From: Sedimentisphaerales bacterium
Lineage (GTDB): Bacteria > Planctomycetota > Phycisphaerae > Sedimentisphaerales > SM23-30
Strand: one strand, 5' to 3'
Assembly (NCBI GenBank): GCA_963666285.1
Contig: OY762711.1
DNA: 64,000 bases
Shown piece by piece: positions 30,993 to 40,691 of the stretch; the first letter of the stretch is position 1; each line of letters starts with the position of its first letter. The notes under the pieces were generated by a model. That model searched no databases. It saw only the letters and a list, made by a program, of their open reading frames with translations, and was not told the DNA's origin. The translations under genes were made by a program, and so were the position numbers.

Positions 30993-32579
30993 ATGGACCG
31001 CAACCTATTTGCAGATATAGCTTTATCGTATGTTCCACATGCACTTACATTGATCGACAGGAACCCTTACAGCCCGACTTACGGCTGCTGTGACCGTGAA
31101 TACTGGCATTATCGAACGCTGGATTTTCCGTGCGGGATGGCGCAGGAGCATGTGCTGACGCTGGCGATGCTGTATGTTACCGATGTGCCGGGCAATAAGT
31201 GGTATAAGTGTAATCGGATAAAGGAGTTGTCGATAGCAGCAATGCGGTTCGCGATAACCGGCTCGCATAAGGACGGTACCTGTGATGACTACTATCCGTA
31301 CGAGCGGGCAATGGGAGCGTTGGCGTTCTCAACTTATGCAATAGCAGAGAGTTATCAGCTTTTGGAAGTTGAAGATGATGAGATTGTCGGACTGCTGCGT
31401 AAGCGTGCTGATCATTTGCTGGGCCATAATGAGACAGGGCAATTGAGTAACCACCAGGCGCTGGCGGCGCTGGTACTACAGACAGTATATGAAGTTACAG
31501 GCGATGAGCGGTATCGTGCCGGGGCGAAGGAGCGGGTAGAGCTGACGCTGAGCTGGCAGAATAAAGACGAGGGCTGGTTCCAGGAGTATGAAGGGGCTGA
31601 CAGCGGCTATCTTACTTGTACAATTGACTTTATGTCGAAATATTATCAGAAGAGCGGAGACGAAAGTGTGGTTGAACCGCTGAAGAAGGCGGTTGATTTC
31701 TGTCGGAATTTCATGCATCCGGACGGCAGCTATGGTGGTGAGTATAATAGCCGGAATACGTATCATTATTATCCGCATGGTTTTGAGATAATTGCGAAGG
31801 TTTGTCCGGCAGCGGCATGGATGAATGATCGGTGGCTGGAGGGAGCGGCTAATGGAAAACGGTATTATAACGACGATAGCCGGATGATCGGACACCTGAT
31901 ACATAACATGCTGGCGGCGTATCGCGACTGGTATGAAGTGAGGCCGGGGGCCGGTGATTGCGAGCTAACGGATGGTGTGCGGTGGTATCGCGGCGCTGAG
32001 ATGGCGGTTGCCCGTACGAAACGGTATCACGCCGTGGCGGGGATGCGTAAGGGCGGGGTATTAAAGGTGTACGACGACGCGCGGTGCATATACGGCGACA
32101 CGGGATTAATAGGCAAAACAGCGGATGGATCGGTCTGGGCCAACCACTTACAGGACGAGGAAAATGTGATTTCGGCTGATGAACAGGCGGGAGTTTTTGT
32201 GGTGAAGGGGTGCTTTAGTAAACGCAAGAGTAAGCTGGCAGACCCGACGAAATTGATAATATTTCGGATGTTGAATATGACGCTGGGCCGGTTTGCGCCG
32301 AACCTTTTGAGGTCGCTATTGCAGAATATCTTGATAACCGGTAAGAACCGTTCGAGTTTCTGGTTCGAGCGGAAGATAATTTATGCCGGGGATAAGGTGA
32401 CGATTGAGGATAAGGTTGACCCTAAGGCCGGGTTTGTTATGCTGAGTGTCGGTAGTGACGCGACGAGTATTTATGTGGCGGCGAGTAATGTTTACCAGGA
32501 GTCGGTTATGTTGGACTGGCAGAATGCGTCGCAGGAAGTTTGCAAGGGGGGAGTTTGGAAGAGGATAATACAGGCATAA
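30993..32579 (+). CDS. Hypothetical protein, probably an alpha/alpha toroid fold, associated with the glycosylation locus
   Basis: 528-aa ORF with repeated Q..EGWF.EY and HPDGSYGG motifs, upstream of a flippase-like gene. Confidence 0.65.
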   Translation: MDRNLFADIALSYVPHALTLIDRNPYSPTYGCCDREYWHYRTLDFPCGMAQEHVLTLAMLYVTDVPGNKWYKCNRIKELSIAAMRFAITGSHKDGTCDDYYPYERAMGALAFSTYAIAESYQLLEVEDDEIVGLLRKRADHLLGHNETGQLSNHQALAALVLQTVYEVTGDERYRAGAKERVELTLSWQNKDEGWFQEYEGADSGYLTCTIDFMSKYYQKSGDESVVEPLKKAVDFCRNFMHPDGSYGGEYNSRNTYHYYPHGFEIIAKVCPAAAWMNDRWLEGAANGKRYYNDDSRMIGHLIHNMLAAYRDWYEVRPGAGDCELTDGVRWYRGAEMAVARTKRYHAVAGMRKGGVLKVYDDARCIYGDTGLIGKTADGSVWANHLQDEENVISADEQAGVFVVKGCFSKRKSKLADPTKLIIFRMLNMTLGRFAPNLLRSLLQNILITGKNRSSFWFERKIIYAGDKVTIEDKVDPKAGFVMLSVGSDATSIYVAASNVYQESVMLDWQNASQEVCKGGVWKRIIQA

Positions 32580-32950
32580 GGGAAGGAAACGCGGATATAG
32601 GTAAAAAGTAAGAGGTAAGAACTAATAGTTGAGGTGTTGCTACGCAACGGTTTGATTAAATCGGCTACGCCGAGGATTTTTTTTGACCACGGAAAAAACT
32701 GAAGAAACGGAAAAGATATTAAAAGGATAAAGGATAAAAAGAAAAGTTGTTAGTTAGCGGTTAGCAGTGAGCTAATTATTAATGCTGAATTATGGATTAT
32801 GACAATATAAATTTCAGAGCGCAAAAGGGGACGGCCCCCTTTAATTTTTCTTTTACCACGAATGAACGCGAATAAACACCAATAATTTATAAAGAGACTC
32901 GCTACCGCTCATGCTGATTTATGCTCAGCCGGGGACGGCTAAGCTACATC
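32580..32950 (+). repeat. Mosaic of short tandem 7-10-mers and small palindromes
   Basis: AAAGGAT x2, (CA)GTTAG-type, TG(A/G)ATTA-type and CACGAAT 10-mers; GTTGCTACGCAAC, TCGGCTACGCCGA, AAAGGGGACGGCCCCCTTT and AGCCGGGGACGGCT. Confidence 0.8.
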
Positions 32951-33000
32951 CCATAGCGATGTTGTGATGGATTGAAGTTGGAAAGCTATCTGGTAAAGTA

Positions 33001-33963
33001 ATGACTATATATATGAAGAAGATGAATTTTAAAAAGATAATAATGTCGGTAGTTGCGGTTGCGGTGTCGGCCGGATTGATCTACTACCTTATAGGCCGAA
33101 TGGATAAACAGCAGGTATCGCAGATATGGCAGTCGGCGGATCGGAAGTGGCTGGGGATCGCGCTGGTGCTGACGTGTATGGTGCCGGTGTTTGCGGTTAC
33201 CCGCTGGCTTGGCGTTTTGCGTGCGCAGGGGATAAAGCTGCCGTTTATGGTAGCGCTGCGTGCGGTGCTGATGGCGAATATACTGAATAGTTTTCTGCCG
33301 AGTAAGGGCGGTGATATTGTTAAGGCGACGTATATCCGTCATCATGGCGGGCTGACGCTGGGGTTTGGAACGGTGATACTCGAACGGCTAATCGATCTGA
33401 TGGTGCTGAGTGTGATCGGGCTGCCGTGTTCGATCTATACTCAGACGGGCTGGGGGATCGGGGCGAGCGGGGTGCTGCTGGCGATAGTGGTTGGTGTGAT
33501 AGTAACGGCGACGGTGCTGCCGATAGAGAAGATGCCTTTGCCGGGTAAGATGAAAATGAAGTTTCTGGATTTGCAGCAGGTGTTTCCGAAATGGCTTAAG
33601 CGGCCGGGGTGTATGGCGCAGACTTTTTTGGGGTCGGTTTGTGTGTGGTCGATAGCAGGGTTTACGATTGTTTGTTTGATCGAGGCGTTTGGGCTGGAGC
33701 TTAGCTGGCTAAACGCATATGCGATATTCCCGGTTGGGGTGCTGGCCGGGCTGGTGCCTGCTTCTGTTAGCGGGATAGGGATACGTGATACGGTGTTTAC
33801 CGAGCTGCTGGTGGCGGCGGGGGTAGCGGAGTCCGGTGCGGCGATGGTGGCGATGGGCTATACGGTTTATGCGTACTGGCTGTTGAGTCTGGTGAGTCTG
33901 CCGGCGGCGGGAATTCAGATATTTCAAACGTGGTTTGAAATATCTGGAAAGGGTAAAGAGTAA
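33001..33963 (+). CDS. Lysylphosphatidylglycerol synthase TM domain / flippase-like membrane protein
   Basis: RW..VL, LPSKGGDIVK, ERLIDL and P.SVSGIGIRD. Confidence 0.88.
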   Translation: MTIYMKKMNFKKIIMSVVAVAVSAGLIYYLIGRMDKQQVSQIWQSADRKWLGIALVLTCMVPVFAVTRWLGVLRAQGIKLPFMVALRAVLMANILNSFLPSKGGDIVKATYIRHHGGLTLGFGTVILERLIDLMVLSVIGLPCSIYTQTGWGIGASGVLLAIVVGVIVTATVLPIEKMPLPGKMKMKFLDLQQVFPKWLKRPGCMAQTFLGSVCVWSIAGFTIVCLIEAFGLELSWLNAYAIFPVGVLAGLVPASVSGIGIRDTVFTELLVAAGVAESGAAMVAMGYTVYAYWLLSLVSLPAAGIQIFQTWFEISGKGKE

Positions 33964-34041
33964 AATAAAAAGTGTAAAGGAGGTGCCTGCACCGTACGGT
34001 ACAGGACCTAGTTTAAATCGGCTGACGCCGAGGGAAAATGC

Positions 34042-34084
34042 TTTACCACGAATGGACACGAATTTACACGAATTAATAATAAGG
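34042..34084 (+). repeat. 43-bp direct repeat, copy 1
   Basis: TTTACCACGAATGGACACGAATTTACACGAATTAATAATAAGG, identical to 36371-36413. Confidence 0.95.
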
Positions 34085-34320
34085 AGACGGACTCTTTTAA
34101 TTCTTTATTTTAATAATGTTTATTGTCTAAGTGAGTTTTTATGAATAAAATACTGTTTATTATTTGTATTGTATTCCTTTTTTGTACTTGTGGCTGTAAG
34201 TACGATGAAGAGCAGTTTTGGGCTGATATGGCTTTACGTGGACATAGTTCAAAATATATGATGTCTGGAGCTGCAGCCAGGCCACTGTATGAGTCAAATA
34301 AAGTTGATTTTTATATAATA

Positions 34321-35657
34321 ACTGAACTTTTGCAAAATTAGGGTAAAGCTAATTGTACTTTAATACGTTTAAAACTTGTTCCGTTGGATTCGATTTGATC
34401 AACCACCCAAGCGATTGTATTGCTGAGAGTTTCTCGCATAACTGCCATACAAGATTGTCCTATGGTCGTCAGGCGTTCTCGTGCCCATTCACACACACGG
34501 TTCTGCTGCATTTGAGTCAAAAGTACGCTATACGCCAGAAACACCATGTACATGTGTCTTGTCTGACCCAGGCCGCTTCTAAGCTGACAGTCGCCCATGC
34601 CCAAATACTGCTTGCCGTCTCGATGAAAGCACTCTGTGCCTTGCCAGCGGCAGCGATAGACCTTCAGGATACGAATCGCTTCCCAGTTGCATCGATTGCA
34701 AACCAGAATCTTTTTAGGTTCAATATCATTCTTTTTATGCCAGATAATCAGGATACGTACTTTGTGGTCTACACCAGGAATCCTGATACTTTTAGTAAAG
34801 TAATATTGGCGATGCTTGCCAATAGTTATGAGTTTTTTGATTTCAGGGTCAATAGATTTGGCTACTTCTTCAGCCTTTATTACTTTGCCCTGAAATATAG
34901 TCTTACGATTTGTTTTCAAATCACCAACATAATTACGTTCATACTGGTTTATATGGTTAAGGTTGTCGCTATGGGTAAACCAGCTATCGAAGGTAAAGTC
35001 ACCGGGAATATCGTTAGCTACAGTCCAGTCAACCAGATTGCGGAAAAGGATATTATGATCCTGAAATTCAATGCCCCGTTCCAGACAATCTTCTTTTTTG
35101 ACAAATCTGTAAAACTCCAAAGGATAATGTTTCCCGGAATTACAGACATAATTGGCTATCAGGTAATCATGGGCTATTTTATTACGTTGATCTGCATGAT
35201 CCCAGAAATATCCTACATCCTCAATATGTTTACCACTATGGTCTATCAGAACATTATCAAGGGCAATAACCCCAGAATCGCTATATCTGGTTTTAGGGTC
35301 TTTCTGCAGCCACTCCAGTCTGGCAGTGTTAAGCGATTCTTCGTCCCATTCAACATCGGTGAGAAACCGGTTGAGACAGGATTGATCAGAGGCAAATGCA
35401 AATTCCCTGTTGATGGCAGAGACGTTTTTCTTGCGGGCAATGATAAGACCGGTGATATACTCAGCAAAATGACGACGTTCAGGCTCATTTTGAAAATGAT
35501 CGCCAAATTCATCGACAGCTTGCTGGACTACTGTAGGGTATTGTACTATAGCTGGCATACCAAAATCCTTTCTGGGTTTTCGGAGTGCTCTGCTATCAAA
35601 TTTTATCGGTCTATACCACATTTTAACGTTAATTTTTTAATTTTGCAAAAGTTCAGT
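34321..35657 (-). mobile_element. IS701-family insertion sequence
   Basis: Perfect 20-bp terminal inverted repeats ACTGAACTTTTGCAAAATTA (34321-34340 and 35638-35657). Target duplication AATA, or TAATAA if the TIR is taken as 19 bp. Confidence 0.92.
34338..35558 (-). CDS. DDE transposase, IS701-like
   Basis: IALDNV, TFDSWF and Y..RW..E.FHRDGKQ.LG. Start taken at MPAIVQ after AAGGA; alternative start at 35621. Confidence 0.9.
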   Translation of the reverse strand: MPAIVQYPTVVQQAVDEFGDHFQNEPERRHFAEYITGLIIARKKNVSAINREFAFASDQSCLNRFLTDVEWDEESLNTARLEWLQKDPKTRYSDSGVIALDNVLIDHSGKHIEDVGYFWDHADQRNKIAHDYLIANYVCNSGKHYPLEFYRFVKKEDCLERGIEFQDHNILFRNLVDWTVANDIPGDFTFDSWFTHSDNLNHINQYERNYVGDLKTNRKTIFQGKVIKAEEVAKSIDPEIKKLITIGKHRQYYFTKSIRIPGVDHKVRILIIWHKKNDIEPKKILVCNRCNWEAIRILKVYRCRWQGTECFHRDGKQYLGMGDCQLRSGLGQTRHMYMVFLAYSVLLTQMQQNRVCEWARERLTTIGQSCMAVMRETLSNTIAWVVDQIESNGTSFKRIKVQLALP

Positions 35658-35971
35658 AATAATTAACTTTCATCCCAAAACACCAGATAATATTGTGGTA
35701 AAGGTAGTCTTTGAAAATCCATTGGATAAGAATAGTCCATTTTTGATATTAAAAGACTATGCAATCTCTCCTAAAAAGATATTGCTTAAAACACCTCCAG
35801 TTGCCGGAGTTAAGCCAAACCATACTTATTCCGTTGATATTAAACTATATAATAGAGGAGATTTAAATAATCCGATAGACTGTCTAGATAATCAGTATAT
35901 AAATTCTGGCAATGTTAGTTCTGATTTGTCAGGAAGTTTGATTTTTTGCAGATAATGAAAGGTTTTTATTT

Positions 35972-36268
35972 ATGAAAATACTTACATATTGCTTTTGTGT
36001 TACTGCATTATTAATAAATGGTTGTATCAGAGGGTACAGTGACTTTGTCAGTCAATGTGATAATATGGTAGGTTGTAGTGTAGAATTATCTCCATATGAT
36101 CCAGCTAAGATAACATCATTTGATGAAAAACAGGATGCGTATCATTATGTTTTTGAAGATACTGGGTGTAAATTTATTTATTATGTAAATAAATATACAG
36201 GAATAGTTGAATCATGGGAATTTGTGAGTTCGCCTGATAATTGTTATCTAATATATCAGGGGTACTAG
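35972..36268 (+). CDS. Small AT-rich lipoprotein
   Basis: AAGG RBS and lipobox INGC. Confidence 0.7.
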   Translation: MKILTYCFCVTALLINGCIRGYSDFVSQCDNMVGCSVELSPYDPAKITSFDEKQDAYHYVFEDTGCKFIYYVNKYTGIVESWEFVSSPDNCYLIYQGY

Positions 36269-36370
36269 TTTTGTGGTGTTGATTAAATCGGCTTATGCCG
36301 AGGAAGAGAGAATCGCAGAAGGATACCGATGGATGTAGATAAAGATGTTGGAAATGCAAATACATAAAAG

Positions 36371-36413
36371 TTTACCACGAATGGACACGAATTTACACGA
36401 ATTAATAATAAGG
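36371..36413 (+). repeat. 43-bp direct repeat, copy 2
   Basis: Identical to 34042-34084. Confidence 0.95.
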
Positions 36414-36711
36414 TGACTCGCTACCGCTCGTGTATTATTAATATAGGGTTAAGGTTTCAGTAGTCAGGGAAGGAAAGCCGCGGATCGGCATGCTAATTAT
36501 ATTCGGCAAATGCCGAGGGAAAGATAACCGCAGATTATCGCTGATTATTTTATTATTATTTGTGTCGAGTCAGTGGGAAAATAGAAAAGAAAATTGATGT
36601 CGTAAAGTTTAGCATTTACTTTTTCTATTGCTGATTTATGCGTAACCGGTGATAATGTGAACTACATGATGAAGAAGTGAGTTACTAATTGACATAGATG
36701 ACGGAGGCTGC

Positions 36712-37194
36712 ATGAATAAAATACAGGACACTAATTTTGTTTTGATATTATTTATAATACTATCAATTGCACAAGGAATATTAATATTAAAGCAATATAA
36801 TAAGATATCGCTTTTAGAAGATTCTGCCCAAATTTACCATAATTATATTATACACGCAGAAAAGTTGAACTCATATAATATTAAACTGTCTAATTATGAT
36901 GTTGACCTTAAAAATGTTGTCTTAAAGTATAAAACCCAAGAGTATAAAACAATATCATTAGGTGATTTGCCCGCGTTAGATTTTGGGGCAAAGGTTACTG
37001 ATGATAATAGAGAGAGTCATGTTATTAGGTATCATATTGATGATATGGCATCTCCAATATGTTTTGAAATTACAGGTGTTCGTGGCGATGGTACGATTTT
37101 TGAAGGGAAAGTGTCTGGCTTTCATATAAGAGAAGATAACGAAACTTTTGAAACATTTATACCTGAAGACGGTAAAGAATTACGATATCATTAG
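36712..37194 (+). CDS. Small AT-rich membrane-anchored hypothetical protein
   Basis: GGAGG RBS and an N-terminal TM helix. Confidence 0.7.
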   Translation: MNKIQDTNFVLILFIILSIAQGILILKQYNKISLLEDSAQIYHNYIIHAEKLNSYNIKLSNYDVDLKNVVLKYKTQEYKTISLGDLPALDFGAKVTDDNRESHVIRYHIDDMASPICFEITGVRGDGTIFEGKVSGFHIREDNETFETFIPEDGKELRYH

Positions 37195-37309
37195 TATATA
37201 ATTAAACGAAAAACTGTCTCGGGTTATTTGATCGTGAAGGGTGTGGAGTTAGAGGAGAAATAGAGAAGGGTATGTATCAGTTACTTTATTGTGTTAAGTA
37301 ATATGGAGC

Positions 37310-37654
37310 ATGGTTATGAAGAATGTTATTTATATTTTGTTGTTGTTACTAATAATATTATTGTTGCTAGTAGTTGTTATTTATGATAATTCACAGGAAT
37401 ATATTGACAAAATTAAAAACGTGCAAACTTCAGGACAAGAAAAACAAGTCTTTCTTGAATTACATTCAGAATGTCTTAAAGGCAATATTGATTATGTTCT
37501 CAATTTTTATGATAATAATGACTGTGAAATAAAGTATTTTGATTCTAATTTTTGGAGTGTAGTTAAATATGTTGAGTTCAACATTGTTGGATATTCAGAG
37601 TATAAACATACAATAATTGATATCAATAATTTAGAAATTTTAATGAGAGAATGA
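37310..37654 (+). CDS. Small AT-rich membrane-anchored hypothetical protein
   Basis: GGAG RBS and a poly-Leu TM segment. Confidence 0.65.
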   Translation: MVMKNVIYILLLLLIILLLLVVVIYDNSQEYIDKIKNVQTSGQEKQVFLELHSECLKGNIDYVLNFYDNNDCEIKYFDSNFWSVVKYVEFNIVGYSEYKHTIIDINNLEILMRE

Positions 37655-37722
37655 TATGTGTGACTTATTAAGTAAGTTTTTCTTACTCGAAATTTACCAT
37701 TTAACGAAAAAGGAAATTGATT

Positions 37723-37839
37723 ATGAAAATATTAATGATAACAATGTTTATATCAATATGTTTTTGTTTAAATGGATGCAAGAAAGATGAAGCAGAAATA
37801 CATGTAAATCCATTGATCGTATTAATTGGCCTCAATTAA
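37723..37839 (+). pseudogene. 38-aa lipoprotein stub, probably truncated
   Basis: AAGGA RBS, MKILMITMFISICFCLNGCKKDE..., ending where the AT-rich DNA stops. Confidence 0.5.
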
Positions 37840-37948
37840 GCCTTGACAGGCCGGTAGATGCCGGGTTTGTCGAGCTTCCGATAAATCTGGATTATATTCT
37901 GCCCGGTGTTCCCAGGAAATATTTTTTGCTGAAAAAAGGAAAGTAGAA

Positions 37949-40168
37949 ATGGAAAAAAGTCTATTATTAAATAGAGTTGTTATTGTATTGGCTATGGTTG
38001 CGGCGGTATTGTCGGGCCAGGATTATGTATCGGTTGGCATGGGCAGCTATAAGAAGAGTATGCCGGGGAATGTGCCGGGACCGCAGAAGGAGATATATAA
38101 GACCGGAAAAATAACCGGCCCGATACCGACTACCGACTGGTGCAGCAGTTTATACTGGGAGAAGTATTCTTCGAATCATTTTGCCCTGCCGCTGGCGATG
38201 TGTGCCGGGGAGAAGGGGTTGGGGATCTCGTATCCGGGCGGTAATATCCATGCGGTAGATAACCATTTTTTCGGCAGTTATATAGATGAGTTTGTGCTGG
38301 GCCATTCAGGAGAGGCCAGGTTTCCGGATGCGCGGGTGGACGGATATAGCGACTGGTTTGTGGATGTGTTGTTTGAACGTGATGGCAGCAGTATGCGGCT
38401 GAGCTACGGGCATGGCAGCCCGTACGTTTACGCGATATATAAAAACGGGGGTGCGAGGCTAACGTTCCGGGAGGGATACCGGGTATGGTCCGGAAATGAA
38501 AATAGTGCGGTGCTGGGAATAACGCATATGGGTAAGCATTGGGCGTTGTTTGGGCCTGCCGGTTCGACGTGGTCGGGGCTTGGCACAAATGAGCTGGTGA
38601 ATAATAACGGCGGAAAGGATTATTTTTCGCTGGCGCTGCTGCCGGAGCCTAGCGAGCAGGCATTGAGGATGTTCGGCAGGTATGCGTATGCTCATGTAAC
38701 CGGTACAAAGGTGCTGTGGGAGTATGATCAGCAGAGCCGGATGGTGAAGACGAGCTATGCCGTAGAGACTAAATCATATCAGGGTGACGGCGAGGGTACG
38801 ATCATGGCGTTGTACCCTCATCAGTGGCAGTTTTGCGGCGACCGGGCGCTGCCGTTTATGTATAACTCTGTCCGCGGTCCGATGAAGGCTGTTGCCGGTA
38901 AGGGTTTTTCGACAGGTATGCGGTTTCCGGGTGTGCTGCCGTTTATGCCTATGACGGGCGGGTGCAGCTTTGGGATATTGAATGATTATGTGCTGAAGGC
39001 TGCGGATCATAATTTTGCCGACCCGCCCGATACGTATTGGGCCGGTAAGCAGCTTGGGATGCTGTCGAATATTATCCCGGTAGCGGAGATGGCCGGACAG
39101 AAGCTGCCGGCGGAAAAGTTTTTTGGTAATTTGAAGGGGCGGCTGGAAGACTGGTTTGATGCATCGAGGGTGAGTAAGAGTGTGCATTATTTTGCGTATG
39201 AAGATAACTGGAAGAGCCTGATCGGGGTGGCGCCGAGCTATGGCACAAACGATCAGCTGAACGATCATCATTTTCATTACGGGTATTTTATCCGGGCGGC
39301 GGCCGAGATTGCCCGGACCGATCGTAACTGGTGCAGAGATGATCAGTGGGGGGCGATGGTGGATATGCTGATCCGTGATATTGCCAGTGGCGATCGGGCG
39401 GATGATCAGTTTCCGTTTCTGCGATGTTTCGATCCATATGAGGGTCATTCGTGGGCGTCCGGTCATGCAAAGTTCGGCGACGGCAATAACCAGGAGTCAT
39501 CGTCAGAGGCGATGAATGCGTGGACTGGTATAATCCTGTGGGCGATGGCGACCGGTAATACCGAGCTGCGAGACCTGGGGATATATCTGTATACGACCGA
39601 GATGAACGCGATTAACAGCTACTGGTTCGATATTAATGATAACCTGTTCCCGGCTGGTTACCGTCAGCAGACCGCGGCGATCGTGTGGGGCGGTAAGGTT
39701 GACTTTGCGACGTGGTTCAGCGCCAAGCCGGAACATATTGTGGGGATAAACCTGCTGCCGATTCAGTCGGGTTCGCTGTATCTGGGGCTTTACCCGGAAT
39801 ATGTCAGGCGTAACCTGCTTGGATTGTATAGTTTGAACGGGGGCGGGTATAGCGACTGGCAGGAGACGTTTCTGATGTACGAGTCGCTGGCAAGTGGTCA
39901 GAGTGCGATGCAGAAGTTTAATGCCGGTCTGCTGCGTGATAAGGACCCGGTAGCACAGGCGTATGCGTATCACTGGATATCGAATATGGACTACCTGGGT
40001 AATGTTAACCGTAATATTGGGGCGGATTATCCGTGTGCGATGACGTTTACCAAGGGTAATATCAACAGCTATATGGTGTGTAATTATGAGCCAAACGAGA
40101 TAACGGTCAGGTTTTCGAATGGTAAGACAGTGAAGGTGAAGGCGAATGATATTTTTGTGGGGCACTGA
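37949..40168 (+). CDS. Glycoside hydrolase family 81 endo-1,3-beta-glucanase
   Basis: PTTDWCSS, NDHHFHYGYF, FDPYEGHSWASG and NQESSSEA. Confidence 0.95.
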   Translation: MEKSLLLNRVVIVLAMVAAVLSGQDYVSVGMGSYKKSMPGNVPGPQKEIYKTGKITGPIPTTDWCSSLYWEKYSSNHFALPLAMCAGEKGLGISYPGGNIHAVDNHFFGSYIDEFVLGHSGEARFPDARVDGYSDWFVDVLFERDGSSMRLSYGHGSPYVYAIYKNGGARLTFREGYRVWSGNENSAVLGITHMGKHWALFGPAGSTWSGLGTNELVNNNGGKDYFSLALLPEPSEQALRMFGRYAYAHVTGTKVLWEYDQQSRMVKTSYAVETKSYQGDGEGTIMALYPHQWQFCGDRALPFMYNSVRGPMKAVAGKGFSTGMRFPGVLPFMPMTGGCSFGILNDYVLKAADHNFADPPDTYWAGKQLGMLSNIIPVAEMAGQKLPAEKFFGNLKGRLEDWFDASRVSKSVHYFAYEDNWKSLIGVAPSYGTNDQLNDHHFHYGYFIRAAAEIARTDRNWCRDDQWGAMVDMLIRDIASGDRADDQFPFLRCFDPYEGHSWASGHAKFGDGNNQESSSEAMNAWTGIILWAMATGNTELRDLGIYLYTTEMNAINSYWFDINDNLFPAGYRQQTAAIVWGGKVDFATWFSAKPEHIVGINLLPIQSGSLYLGLYPEYVRRNLLGLYSLNGGGYSDWQETFLMYESLASGQSAMQKFNAGLLRDKDPVAQAYAYHWISNMDYLGNVNRNIGADYPCAMTFTKGNINSYMVCNYEPNEITVRFSNGKTVKVKANDIFVGH

Positions 40169-40223
40169 ATAAAAAAAGTTAGAAGATAGAGGTGAGAAGT
40201 TTTTGATGTGTTGCTGCGCAACC

Positions 40224-40679
40224 TTAGCTTAAACGACTGGTGTCGGGTTTGATAGACCGAGGCGATGTGCTAGTCACTTTTATCCTGGAAAGAATGATAA
40301 TCGAAGTTCCGGCGATGATGCAGAATGAGCTGTCCCATACGACGATGAGCGGTTCGGCTTTGAATAACAAGCCGCGGGTGAGCAGGACGATGCCGAGCAG
40401 GATATGAAAGCCGCCCATGAATGCCATGATTTTGAGTTTGTTCTGGGTGTCGAACATAAGGTAAATGAATATGGAGCCGACCATGCCGGAGATCATAGCA
40501 GCCATAACGAACCAGTATTTCAGGATGGGTGTAAAGGTTACGTTTATGCCGACAAAATCCTGGATGATTTTATCGCATAGTGACCATGGCAGAAAAGCTA
40601 CCAGTACCGGCGTGAGCCAGGCGATACTGAAGGCGATGAGGAATATTCTCCTGGCAAGTTGGATTTTACCGGTTTGCAT
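40224..40679 (-). CDS. Four-TM hypothetical membrane protein
   Basis: Four hydrophobic segments. Confidence 0.65.
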   Translation of the reverse strand: MQTGKIQLARRIFLIAFSIAWLTPVLVAFLPWSLCDKIIQDFVGINVTFTPILKYWFVMAAMISGMVGSIFIYLMFDTQNKLKIMAFMGGFHILLGIVLLTRGLLFKAEPLIVVWDSSFCIIAGTSIIILSRIKVTSTSPRSIKPDTSRLS

Positions 40680-40691
40680 TTATGAAAGACT

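Larger units (their letters stand above)
34141..35955 (+). pseudogene. 157-aa lipoprotein gene interrupted by an IS701-family element
   Basis: Removing the IS and one target copy joins ...KVDFYII to INFHPKTPDNIVVKVVFENP... in frame. Lipobox-like CTCGC. Confidence 0.9.

Noticed and set aside
32850..36413. CACGAAT repeats as a CRISPR array
   Set aside because: Only two exact copies 2.3 kb apart, no regular spacers and no cas genes.
34013..37840. Classical integron cassette array
   Set aside because: No integrase in the window and no convincing RYYYAAC...GTTRRRY attC sites.
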